From Candidatus Omnitrophota bacterium (GTDB taxonomy: Bacteria > Omnitrophota > Omnitrophia > Omnitrophales > Aquincolibacteriaceae), in the NCBI GenBank assembly GCA_016196545.1, contig JACPXM010000048.1, positions 19,690 through 83,689 on the forward strand: a stretch of 64,000 nucleotides of DNA, given 5' to 3'. Both the position numbers and the translations under genes were made by a program. Positions 19,446 to 28,566 of this stretch are shown in pieces (the first letter of the stretch is position 1; each line of letters opens with the position of its first letter). A model generated the notes under the pieces. The model ran no database searches and was not told the origin of the DNA. It worked only from the letters and a program-made list of their open reading frames with translations.

Positions 19446-21924
19446 GCGGATACCTTTCTTTCCCGATTAAGGGATTAAACCCCATAGCGGCAAGAAAACG
19501 CGGCCCTAAATCCTTCTTGCGAAGGACGCTGGGCCAACGATCAGGCTGGCTATTCCATTCCTGAATACGGGCAAATAATTCGTTTTGCGCCTCCCTGATA
19601 TCAATGCGCCAATGGAGCTTCTCGGCCAGCCGGATAAAGTAAAGGGCTTGTTCCATACGCCTCTGGGAAGGCGAGTGACAGAATGCATGAATCAATTGAA
19701 AAAGGCGCTCCGACAAAAGTCGGATTGCATCTTCATAGCTCAAATGAATTTCCAGGGATTTGGCTTGAGCGAGTATACGAAACACCCTTAAGGCCTTCCG
19801 AAAATGATATCCTTTCATTAAATCCTTGAATGCTTCCATAAACTGGGGCCCCAGAGAATGTTCTGCCGCAAAACGCATCTCCCGAGGCAGCGGCAAATGC
19901 ACGGAGCGGTAAATTTCACTTAGGGATTCGTTGATTTGATAAATTTCTTGATACACTCCATGGATGCCCCGTACCACCTCCTGATGAAGCGCCGTCAATA
20001 AGTCCACCCTTTCTTGAAAGGGAATATCGGCCAAAGTAAAGAAAGAATTTCCAAATATTTTTTTAACTTCTCCCAAAAGGGGAGACAAAGAGAGTCGGAC
20101 CTTCCATTGGCGGTGGAGCCTGTGGAGCCCAGGATAAGATTCTTCAGAACTAACGGATTTGACAAACGCCTTAAAATCGGCACCCGATTTCATCACCCAG
20201 AAAATCTGATGTCGCTCCTCCCCCGTTCTAAGGTTACGGATTTTTAAACGGCCGCTTGAAAAGACATGCCTTTCCTTGCGTTCTTCATGAAATTGAAGGG
20301 GTTCCAGTTCATACCCATAGAGCCGCTGATTCAATTTTTGAAATTTTTTCCCGGGGACGAGAAGTCCCATCCCATAGGCAGCGGTAAGGTGAGAAAAACG
20401 ATAAAGCCGGGGCTTGACCATCCTTTCACAAATTACACGGCCGTTGCGCAGTTCCTTGATATTGCTTTTCGCATGAGACATGCGCTCCAAAAATGCAGGT
20501 TCACAATCTTCGCCGGTAAGTTCCTTCAAAAGGGCAATGGCCTCAAGGGCGTAAAAAAGAACTTGGGAGGCCTCAATCCCGGAAATCTCATCAAAAAACC
20601 AGCCGCAACTTGTAAACATAAAAAGGGAAAGGCGCTGGGATTCGAGCCACTTGAGGCAAAGAATTTTTTCCTCTTTTTTTAGTTCCCTTGAGGCATGCGT
20701 TTTGAAGAATATTTTTTTTGTTTTTTCCGTGCCCTCAAAAAGAATTTCAATAGAATCGTTTCGTGCCTTCCAGACATCCTTAAAGTACGCGCCGGCACAG
20801 AGTTCGTAGCGACTCGCCATTTTATCTCTCAGCCATTCAAGCGTCTGCCGAAGCGGTTTTCGCCACTCCTGCGTCCATTCCGCCGGCCCCCCACTGCGGC
20901 AACCACAATTTTCCGCCCACCGCTTGACGCCGTGCCGACAGCTCCAAGAACTTCCCTTCCCGTCTTCCCCTAAATGGATTTTGACTTCATACTCCGGTGG
21001 GTTCTCACTCAAAAATTCTCCGTAATTTACAATTCGCAAATGGCGGCGGGGGGCCTCGACGCTTAAAAGATAGGCGAGCGTCCTGTCACCGAAAGCCTTA
21101 TGGTGGCCGAAGGTTTCACCGTCTGTGGCTACATGAATCAAAAGCGCTTGCCCCGTGGACGCACCTTTCGCCAGTTCAATGCGGTCGGCAAAAGCCCGGG
21201 CGTCAAAGGCAAGGCTTCCAAACCCCAAATCCCCTGCCAACGGCCCGTCATAGAAAAAAAGGTCAATGAATTTTTGAGGGTCCTTGGGAGAAAAAAATCG
21301 GTAGGCATGGCGGGGGTCAATGGATCCGTCGGAAACGTCTTTCCAGACCCCGCCTTTGAGGGGGCGGACACGGGCCGCCTGCTGCGGCGCCAAGATCGTA
21401 AATTTTATTTCGTGTTCCATTAAAATCTCAAGGGTTTCTTCATCGCAAGCCGTTTCAGAAAGCCACATCCCTTCCGGCTTTCGCTCGAAATGGAATTCAA
21501 AATCGCGAATGCCCCAAATCACCTGCGTTTTTTTATCCCGCAAATTTGCGAGGGGCATAATCACGTGATTATAAATTTGGGCAATGGCATTACCATGTCC
21601 CTTGTGGCGCTTCACGCTTTTCCGGTCGGCCGCGAGAATCGCCCGGTAGGTACGCGGATGGTTACTCTGGAGCCAGGAAAAAAGCGTGGGGCCGAAATTA
21701 AAACTCATTTGCTCAAAATTATTCACAATATTAATGATTTTTCCGTGCTCATCTAACACCCTCGCCATGAAATTGGGCCGGTAGCTTTCATGATGAATCC
21801 GCTCATTCCAATCATGAAAGGGGGCCGCCGCGGCTTGTTTTTCAATGACTCCAATGCCTGGATTTTCGCGGGGAGGCTGATAAAAATGGCCGTGAATCGT
21901 AAGGCATACATTTTGAGTCGTCAC
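19423..21924 (-). CDS. Glycoside hydrolase family 57 protein with long C-terminal extension (DUF3536-like)
   Basis: N-terminal HGHFYQPPRENP GH57 signature, 833 aa, GTG start. Confidence 0.8.
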   Translation of the reverse strand: MTTQNVCLTIHGHFYQPPRENPGIGVIEKQAAAAPFHDWNERIHHESYRPNFMARVLDEHGKIINIVNNFEQMSFNFGPTLFSWLQSNHPRTYRAILAADRKSVKRHKGHGNAIAQIYNHVIMPLANLRDKKTQVIWGIRDFEFHFERKPEGMWLSETACDEETLEILMEHEIKFTILAPQQAARVRPLKGGVWKDVSDGSIDPRHAYRFFSPKDPQKFIDLFFYDGPLAGDLGFGSLAFDARAFADRIELAKGASTGQALLIHVATDGETFGHHKAFGDRTLAYLLSVEAPRRHLRIVNYGEFLSENPPEYEVKIHLGEDGKGSSWSCRHGVKRWAENCGCRSGGPAEWTQEWRKPLRQTLEWLRDKMASRYELCAGAYFKDVWKARNDSIEILFEGTEKTKKIFFKTHASRELKKEEKILCLKWLESQRLSLFMFTSCGWFFDEISGIEASQVLFYALEAIALLKELTGEDCEPAFLERMSHAKSNIKELRNGRVICERMVKPRLYRFSHLTAAYGMGLLVPGKKFQKLNQRLYGYELEPLQFHEERKERHVFSSGRLKIRNLRTGEERHQIFWVMKSGADFKAFVKSVSSEESYPGLHRLHRQWKVRLSLSPLLGEVKKIFGNSFFTLADIPFQERVDLLTALHQEVVRGIHGVYQEIYQINESLSEIYRSVHLPLPREMRFAAEHSLGPQFMEAFKDLMKGYHFRKALRVFRILAQAKSLEIHLSYEDAIRLLSERLFQLIHAFCHSPSQRRMEQALYFIRLAEKLHWRIDIREAQNELFARIQEWNSQPDRWPSVLRKKDLGPRFLAAMGFNPLIGKERYPHAAPIVA

Positions 21925-21927
21925 GGT

Positions 21928-23580
21928 TTATTCCCTCTGCGTGAGTGTCTTAAGGCCTTCGGCAATCAATAAAAGGCCGAGCCCGAATAAAAAAAGTGCA
22001 ATCATCGCAATCAGGTCAAAGGTGGGTGCCGCATGAAAGAAACCCGCGGCCACGGGCCGGAGCAATAAAAAAAGCGACCAAAGCGTCATCGTCATCATGA
22101 ACATCATGGGCACGGCACAAATCCACCAGGGTTTTTTGATCTTTTTAAACCAGAGCGTCAAAATCATCAAGGTCAGCGCAGCAAGCAATTGATTCGATGT
22201 TCCAAAAATTGTCCAGAAAAGCCTCCAAGCCGGAATGAGTTGGCCGCTTGAATCTCGCATTTGAAGGCTCACGCAAAAAAAGGGCAGTGACAAGCTGAGC
22301 AAAGTGGCGCTCATACGCCCGGCGCTTCCCTTCCAACCCGTAAGTTCTTGAAAAATATAGCGGCAAAGCCGGGTGGCAACATCGAGAGTATCATAAATGA
22401 ACGTCGTAAAGGCAAGAAGGACAAATGCCCGGGCAAATTCACGCGGAATTCCGAAATGGGCCACCAGGCGGCCGAGTCCTTCCGCATAAATACGGTCGGG
22501 GGATTGTCCGGTCAGGGTATCCGTTTTAGCTAGAATCATCACCGTAGACAAAGCGAGAAATGCCACGAGTCCTTCCAAAAGCATTCCACCGTATCCGACG
22601 GCATGGCAGTCAGGTTCGCGATCGATTTGCTTGGACGTAGTGCCAGAGCAAACAATACCATGAAAACCGGAGCAGGCGCCGCAGGCTACCGTCACAAAAA
22701 GAAGCGGAAATAGAGGCAGGCCCTTCTCATTGTGAAATCCCAGGAACGCGGGATAGAGCACCTTTTCGCCTCCCAGCAAAAGCCCGATGACTCCCGCCGC
22801 AAGTGTCCCATAAAGAAAAAAACCGCCCAAATATCCGCGCGGCTGAAGCAACATCCAAACGGGAATAATTGAGGCAATGAAACAATAACCCAAAAGCAAC
22901 ACATTCCAAAGCTGACGCTCAGTGAAAGGCCCCGGACTCAGGCGCAGCGGAAAGGAGGGTCCCAGCCAAATTGCAACGACCACCAGAAAAATAAATAAAG
23001 GCGTGGCCACGGAAAGCGACATTTTTAATTTTTGAAGCGAAAAACCCATCAAGAGCCCGATAAAAAGATAAAGGATGGAAGAACTTGCCACGGCCCCACC
23101 TAGCTCCGCGTCGGTGAAGGAGGCAGCGGTTAAATCGGTAAAGGCCGTGATGACATAAATTAAAGACATCCACACAAAGAGCATAAAAAAAATGTGGCCG
23201 CGCGGCCCCAAATAAATACGGACCATTTCAACAACCGACGAGGCGCGGTGGCGTACGGAACCTAGAAGCGAGAAAAAATCATGCACCGCGCCAAAAAAAA
23301 TCGCGCCTGTGACAATCCATAAAAGAACCGGTGCCCAACCAAACCAGACGCCCGCGAGAATAGGCCCAACAATGGGTCCTGCGGCCGCAATCGCGGAAAA
23401 ATGTTGCCCTAAAAGAAATCCCTTGGGCGTAGGGATATAATCAACGCCGTCCTTAAGCTCATGGGCGGGAGTTTTGACGGAGGGATTTAATTTTAGAAGG
23501 CGCGACAAAAACCGTCCGTAGGAAAAATAGGCTGCAAGAAAAATCAGACAAACCGCTATTGCGATGGGATAAAGGCTCAT
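21928..23580 (-). CDS. cstA: Carbon starvation protein CstA (peptide/pyruvate transporter family)
   Basis: 550-aa polytopic protein with CstA-like N-terminal region (HFSAIAAAGPIVGPILA). Confidence 0.85.
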   Translation of the reverse strand: MSLYPIAIAVCLIFLAAYFSYGRFLSRLLKLNPSVKTPAHELKDGVDYIPTPKGFLLGQHFSAIAAAGPIVGPILAGVWFGWAPVLLWIVTGAIFFGAVHDFFSLLGSVRHRASSVVEMVRIYLGPRGHIFFMLFVWMSLIYVITAFTDLTAASFTDAELGGAVASSSILYLFIGLLMGFSLQKLKMSLSVATPLFIFLVVVAIWLGPSFPLRLSPGPFTERQLWNVLLLGYCFIASIIPVWMLLQPRGYLGGFFLYGTLAAGVIGLLLGGEKVLYPAFLGFHNEKGLPLFPLLFVTVACGACSGFHGIVCSGTTSKQIDREPDCHAVGYGGMLLEGLVAFLALSTVMILAKTDTLTGQSPDRIYAEGLGRLVAHFGIPREFARAFVLLAFTTFIYDTLDVATRLCRYIFQELTGWKGSAGRMSATLLSLSLPFFCVSLQMRDSSGQLIPAWRLFWTIFGTSNQLLAALTLMILTLWFKKIKKPWWICAVPMMFMMTMTLWSLFLLLRPVAAGFFHAAPTFDLIAMIALFLFGLGLLLIAEGLKTLTQRE

Positions 23581-23589
23581 GAAAACCAG

Positions 23590-23631
23590 AAGGTACCAGG
23601 TTCCTTTTCGTGAAAAGGAACCTGGTACCTT
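23590..23631 (-). terminator. Perfect 19-bp-stem hairpin filling most of the 57-nt hppA-cstA spacer; attenuator/terminator or mRNA-stability element
   Basis: aaggtaccaggttcctttt cgtg aaaaggaacctggtacctt, starting 6 nt after the hppA stop. Followed on minus by CTGGTTTTC and then the cstA ATG. Near-identical element at 29461-29500. Confidence 0.45.
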
Positions 23632-23637
23632 TTGAAG

Positions 23638-25875
23638 TTACGCTTTTTTTAGAATTTCTAGTTCTTCCGCTGTCGGTTTGGGATTATGCAGGATTAGAAA
23701 CAAGAGAAAAACAGTCGCAAACAAAGCCATCACAAAGGCCGTGGGAGAATCTTGAAAGCGAACCACCATGGGGATCGCAAGCAATGCCACCATATTCATG
23801 ACTTTGATTAAAGGGTTCAGCGCCGGCCCTGCCGTATCTTTGAGAGGATCCCCTACCGTATCCCCCGTCACAGAAGCTTTGTGGGCATCAGAACCCTTAC
23901 CCCCGTAGAGTCCGTCTTCAATTAATTTTTTTGCATTGTCCCAGGCGCCACCCGCATTCGCCATAAAGACAGCCAGAAGCTGACCGGAAAGAATCATGCC
24001 TGCGAGAAATCCTCCAAGTGCCTCCTTCTTCAAAATAATCCCCACGAGAAGGGGCGTCAAAATGGCCAGAAGCCCGGGACGAATGAGCTCTCGCTGGGCC
24101 GCAGCCGTGCAAATGGAAACCACACGCGCATAATCAGGAAGCTTTTTACCTTCCCAAATTTCCTTGTCTTTTAGCTGCTCACGCACTTCATGGACAATTA
24201 AAAAAGCGGCGCGCCCCACAGCCTTGATCGTCAGCGAGCTGAATAAAAATGGGATTGCGCCTCCGATCAAAAGGCCGATAAATACCTTGTGATCGGCCAC
24301 CGAAAGCGAGGAGGCAATTTCAGCATAGGTTTGGTGGGTGATATGACTGATATCGGTGATATAAGCGTTAAAAAGCGATATCGCGGCCACGACGGCGGAT
24401 CCGATTGCAATGCCTTTGGTAATCGCTTTGGTGGTATTTCCCACCGCGTCAAGATTCGCGAGAATCTGGCGAGCCTCTTTGGGCAAATGGGCCATTTCAC
24501 CGATGCCGTTGGCATTGTCCGAAACGGGACCAAAAACGTCCATAGAAATATTGTTGCCGGTAAGCGTCAACATGCCGATTCCGCACATGGAAACACCGTA
24601 GGCAATAAACGTTGGATTCGTCCCCTGATAAATCAATGCAGAAACCAGAATTGAAACCGCAATGACCATAATCGCCCAAACGCTGCTTTCAAGCCCCACG
24701 GCAAATCCGGAAATAATATTGGTCGCATGTCCGGTCTGACAGGACTGTGCCACGGCCTGAACGGGTGGCTTTTTGGTATCCGTGAAATATTCCGTCACGC
24801 GATTAATCGTGACGGCAAGGAATATTCCGCAAAGGGTGGTCCAGACCGGACGCATATCAAGGCCTGCGATGCCCAGATTCATCCAATAAGGTGCATTTGC
24901 GGCTTCAGGAAAGCGCAAGTACTTAAATCCCACAATCATGAAACCCACAATCGATATCATCGCAGAAGAAATAAAACCCACATTGATTGCGCGCATCGCG
25001 TCGCGGACTTCCTCCTTGGTGCGTACCGCATAAGTTCCGATGATAGAGCTGATCACCCCAATCGCCCGCACAAGCAGAGGGAAAATAACGCCTTTATGCC
25101 CGTAGGAGGCCCAGCCAAGAATCATGGCCGAGACAATGGTCACTTCATAAGATTCAAAAATATCAGCCGCCATCCCAGCGCAGTCGCCCACATTATCCCC
25201 CACATTGTCGGCAATCGTCGCGGCGTTGCGCGGATCGTCTTCCGGAATATTTTTTTCGATTTTGCCTACAAGATCGGCGCCCACATCGGCAGCCTTGGTA
25301 AAAATCCCACCACCCACGCGCATAAAAAGCGCTAAGAGCGTACCGCCGAAGCCAAAGCCCAACAGAACTTCATAAGCCTTCTCGCCATAAATCATAAAAA
25401 TCAAGGTACCTCCAAAAAGGCCCAGGCCATCTGTAAGCATGCCGGTAATAGTTCCCGTCCGGTAGGCGATTTTTAAGGCGTCAGAAAAACTTTTTCGATT
25501 TGCGGCCGCGGCAACCCGAACATTACCGCGCACCGCCAGATTCATACCCACAAAACCCACGGTCGCGGAAAAAATGGAGCCCATCAAAAAGGCGCAGGCA
25601 CGGCCAATAGCCACATTCTGCGAACCGGCTGTGAAATAAAGGGCAGCGGTCAAAAGCAGGATAAGGAAGGCAATGGTTTTAAACTGACGGTAAAGATAGG
25701 CGTTGGCCCCAACGCGAATCGAAGCGCTGATTTCTTTCATCTTCGGCGTTCCCTGATCTTCGGAGAGCACCTGCACCATCAAAAAAAACGCGTAAACCAG
25801 TCCCACAATGGCAGTGGCCAAGACAAGCCAGAGGGCAATCACTTCCCCCTGCGAAAATTGCTGAAGTACAGCCAT
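23638..25875 (-). CDS. hppA: Membrane-bound ion-translocating pyrophosphatase
   Basis: 745-aa, full-length M-PPase similarity (GGGIFTKAADVGADLVGK, DNVGDNVGD motifs). AAGGAGG SD. Confidence 0.92.
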   Translation of the reverse strand: MAVLQQFSQGEVIALWLVLATAIVGLVYAFFLMVQVLSEDQGTPKMKEISASIRVGANAYLYRQFKTIAFLILLLTAALYFTAGSQNVAIGRACAFLMGSIFSATVGFVGMNLAVRGNVRVAAAANRKSFSDALKIAYRTGTITGMLTDGLGLFGGTLIFMIYGEKAYEVLLGFGFGGTLLALFMRVGGGIFTKAADVGADLVGKIEKNIPEDDPRNAATIADNVGDNVGDCAGMAADIFESYEVTIVSAMILGWASYGHKGVIFPLLVRAIGVISSIIGTYAVRTKEEVRDAMRAINVGFISSAMISIVGFMIVGFKYLRFPEAANAPYWMNLGIAGLDMRPVWTTLCGIFLAVTINRVTEYFTDTKKPPVQAVAQSCQTGHATNIISGFAVGLESSVWAIMVIAVSILVSALIYQGTNPTFIAYGVSMCGIGMLTLTGNNISMDVFGPVSDNANGIGEMAHLPKEARQILANLDAVGNTTKAITKGIAIGSAVVAAISLFNAYITDISHITHQTYAEIASSLSVADHKVFIGLLIGGAIPFLFSSLTIKAVGRAAFLIVHEVREQLKDKEIWEGKKLPDYARVVSICTAAAQRELIRPGLLAILTPLLVGIILKKEALGGFLAGMILSGQLLAVFMANAGGAWDNAKKLIEDGLYGGKGSDAHKASVTGDTVGDPLKDTAGPALNPLIKVMNMVALLAIPMVVRFQDSPTAFVMALFATVFLLFLILHNPKPTAEELEILKKA

Positions 25876-25916
25876 GAAACCTCCTTATTGCCCTAATTAA
25901 ATCGGCTTTAACCGGG

Positions 25917-26846
25917 TCATTCTTTACCCGCCTGTTTTTGGGAAGGCCAAATGTAGGACGCAATGACAGAAAGGGCCAGAACGGTCGCGATAATCCCAAG
26001 TGAGGTCTCGACCGGAATATGAAAATAATTGGATCCCAGCATTTTGATACCGATGAAAACCAAAATCACCGCCAAACCGTAATGCAAATGGTGAAAAAGC
26101 TCCATGATGCCCGAGAGCGCAAAATAAAGTGCTCGAAGCCCTAAAATGGCAAAGATATTGGAAGTATAGACAATGAAGGGATCCGTCGTCACGCCTAAAA
26201 TTGCGGGGATGGAATCAATGGCAAACACGACATCCGTCGACTCCACCACAAGTAAAACCACAAAAAGGGGTGTCGCAAACAACTTTCCACCTTGACGGAT
26301 AAAGAATTTATTCTCTTCATAATGATGCGTCACTGGCATCAACTTTTTAAATAATCTCAAGACCTGATTTCTTTCAGGATTGATCTCTTTGTCTTTTTCC
26401 AGGGCTAATTTAATACCGGTCAAGATGAGAAAGGCTCCAAAAATATAAATCACCCAGTTAAAACGATGGATCAGCACCACCCCTGCCCCGATAAAAAAGG
26501 CCCGCATGATCACCGCTCCCAAGATCCCCCAGAAAAGCACGTTGTGCTGGTAGCGACGCGGAACCTTAAAATAAGAAAAAATCAGGAGAAAAATAAAAAG
26601 GTTATCCACGCTGAGGGATTTTTCCAAAAGATAACCCGTGAGGAATTTGATCGCTGCATCGGGACCCCGGTCAAAAAATACCCAGACATTAAAAAGAAGG
26701 GCCAAGGAAATCCAGGCCGCACTCTCCAAAAGCGCCTCTTTGATCTTCGCCTCGTGGCTTTTGCGGTGAAAGATCCCAAGGTCCAGAGCCAAAGAAAGAA
26801 GCACAAAAGATCCAAAAAAAAGCCAGCCGGTTATTTCATGAGTCAT
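25917..26846 (-). CDS. TerC-family integral membrane protein
   Basis: TerC-like repeats (EKSLSVDNLFIF; ESTDVVFAIDSIPAI). Confidence 0.85.
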   Translation of the reverse strand: MTHEITGWLFFGSFVLLSLALDLGIFHRKSHEAKIKEALLESAAWISLALLFNVWVFFDRGPDAAIKFLTGYLLEKSLSVDNLFIFLLIFSYFKVPRRYQHNVLFWGILGAVIMRAFFIGAGVVLIHRFNWVIYIFGAFLILTGIKLALEKDKEINPERNQVLRLFKKLMPVTHHYEENKFFIRQGGKLFATPLFVVLLVVESTDVVFAIDSIPAILGVTTDPFIVYTSNIFAILGLRALYFALSGIMELFHHLHYGLAVILVFIGIKMLGSNYFHIPVETSLGIIATVLALSVIASYIWPSQKQAGKE

Positions 26847-27375
26847 TTTTCTTTTTCCGATACTTGTCCCAGAGCTGGCGAATATCCCCTTCGGCCTGGC
26901 GAATCATCTGATTGGCGGTAAAAACCAGAATGGAAAACTGCCACACGTCTTCGGGCCCAAGAACAAGGCCGGACGAAGTATTTTCCCGGCATTCGAGTTC
27001 ACGGCGGTAAAATTGAATCGCATCTCCAAGCCCGCCTTCGCGAAGGTCCAGGGATTCGACCTTGTTATTGTATTTCAAGGAAGGAAATTTTACGCCGCGG
27101 ACGAAAAGAAAATTCGTAAGCATGTCCAAATCAAAGGTGCTGACTTTTTCCGATTCAAATCCCTCAAATTGAGGCATGTCATTGGGAAGAACAATCGTGG
27201 GCTTATCCACCATGACCTCGCCTTTGCGTACCACCGTGTCCCCGCGGTTCAAGGAGGATTCCGCCAGAAAGATATAAGGAAGGTGCGTGGAACCAAAAAC
27301 CGAAAGAGGAAGAACGCGGGGGCGAATAATTTCCGTTTTCTTTAATGCCTTTTCCCACAAATCTTGAATATCCAC
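26836..27375 (-). CDS. Hypothetical protein (179 aa), no family recognised
   Basis: The GTG start directly abuts the mscS stop, and the 3' end overlaps the terC start by 11 nt, so it looks translationally coupled. No motif recognised. Confidence 0.55.
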   Translation of the reverse strand: MDIQDLWEKALKKTEIIRPRVLPLSVFGSTHLPYIFLAESSLNRGDTVVRKGEVMVDKPTIVLPNDMPQFEGFESEKVSTFDLDMLTNFLFVRGVKFPSLKYNNKVESLDLREGGLGDAIQFYRRELECRENTSSGLVLGPEDVWQFSILVFTANQMIRQAEGDIRQLWDKYRKKKNDS

Positions 27376-28422
27376 CTAGACTTCCACCCTCTTCTGATAT
27401 TCGACCGTCGTGGGATAAGCGAATTCAATTCCCTCCCGTTCAAAGGCTTCTTTAATTCTGTAATTGATTTCCTGTTGAATATCCATGTACCGATTATAAT
27501 CCGCGCTCAACACAAAATAAACCACTTCAAAATTCAGGCTGTAATCGCCGTAGGAGGCAAAGTGGGCCCGGTCAAAATAGACTTCCTTGTTGGCCTCAAT
27601 AATCTGGCGAAGCAATCCCGGGATTTTCTTCAGGGTTTCGTTGGAAGTTTCATAAACCACACCGATTTTAAAGAGGATGCGGCGCTGCTGCATGCGTTTA
27701 TAATTTCGGATTTTCCCGCTCGTCAAATGCGAATTTGAAATCACTATCTGTTCGCCTCCGAGGGAGCGTAGGCGTGTGGATTTAATGCCGATATGCTCAA
27801 TCGTTCCCATGTAATCCTCCACAATGATAAAATCTCCTTCCTCAAAGGGACGGTCAAAAAAGATGACAAAATAATTAAAAAGGTCCCCCAAAATATTCTG
27901 GGCCGCAAGGGCCACGGCAATGCCACCAATCCCAAGGCCGGCAATAATGGCAGAGACATTGAAACCAAGATTATCGAGGATGAGGACGACTCCCAAGCTC
28001 CAAACCACAATTTTTAAAATTGAAAGTATGCTGGTAGAAATCACCCGTGAAGGTTGGCCATCCTTGCGTTTGGAGAGTACTTCTCGGGCTGCGTAAAGCG
28101 CCACGGCCACGACGAGCCGCGTTGCTTGTACAATCACGATGACGACGAGAGCTTTGTGCAGGAGATCCGCCGCGTTCGGATTTAATTCGAGCGCTCTTGT
28201 GGAAAAATAAAATGCGGCCACATAAAGAAGAGGCCACAGTGCCTTATCCACAAGTTGAACTAGAAAGTCGTCGATTTTAGAAACAGTTTTCTCGGCATAG
28301 GCCTTAAGCCGCTTTAATAAAATAGCGTTCAATATCCCCAGGCTAAACACCAGTCCGATAAAAATCGCCGCGGCCAAAAGATAGTTCAAAACTGAATTAC
28401 CCAAAATTTGAGTTTCCAGCAT
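27376..28422 (-). CDS. Small-conductance mechanosensitive channel (MscS family)
   Basis: TM3/beta-domain signature (IIAGLGIGGIAVALAAQNILGDLF...GTIEHIGIKSTRLRS). Confidence 0.88.
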   Translation of the reverse strand: MLETQILGNSVLNYLLAAAIFIGLVFSLGILNAILLKRLKAYAEKTVSKIDDFLVQLVDKALWPLLYVAAFYFSTRALELNPNAADLLHKALVVIVIVQATRLVVAVALYAAREVLSKRKDGQPSRVISTSILSILKIVVWSLGVVLILDNLGFNVSAIIAGLGIGGIAVALAAQNILGDLFNYFVIFFDRPFEEGDFIIVEDYMGTIEHIGIKSTRLRSLGGEQIVISNSHLTSGKIRNYKRMQQRRILFKIGVVYETSNETLKKIPGLLRQIIEANKEVYFDRAHFASYGDYSLNFEVVYFVLSADYNRYMDIQQEINYRIKEAFEREGIEFAYPTTVEYQKRVEV

Positions 28423-28566
28423 TTCTTAGACTTATCCTTTCCTGTGGACAGCATCCCCCTTGGCGTAGGCTTTAAAAGCCAAGATCAAGGGGTTTTTATG
28501 CGAAGAAAGACACTTCCAAGATAGCAAGAAATCTGCCTTCCCGCAACCTGAAAAATTCGCCCATTT

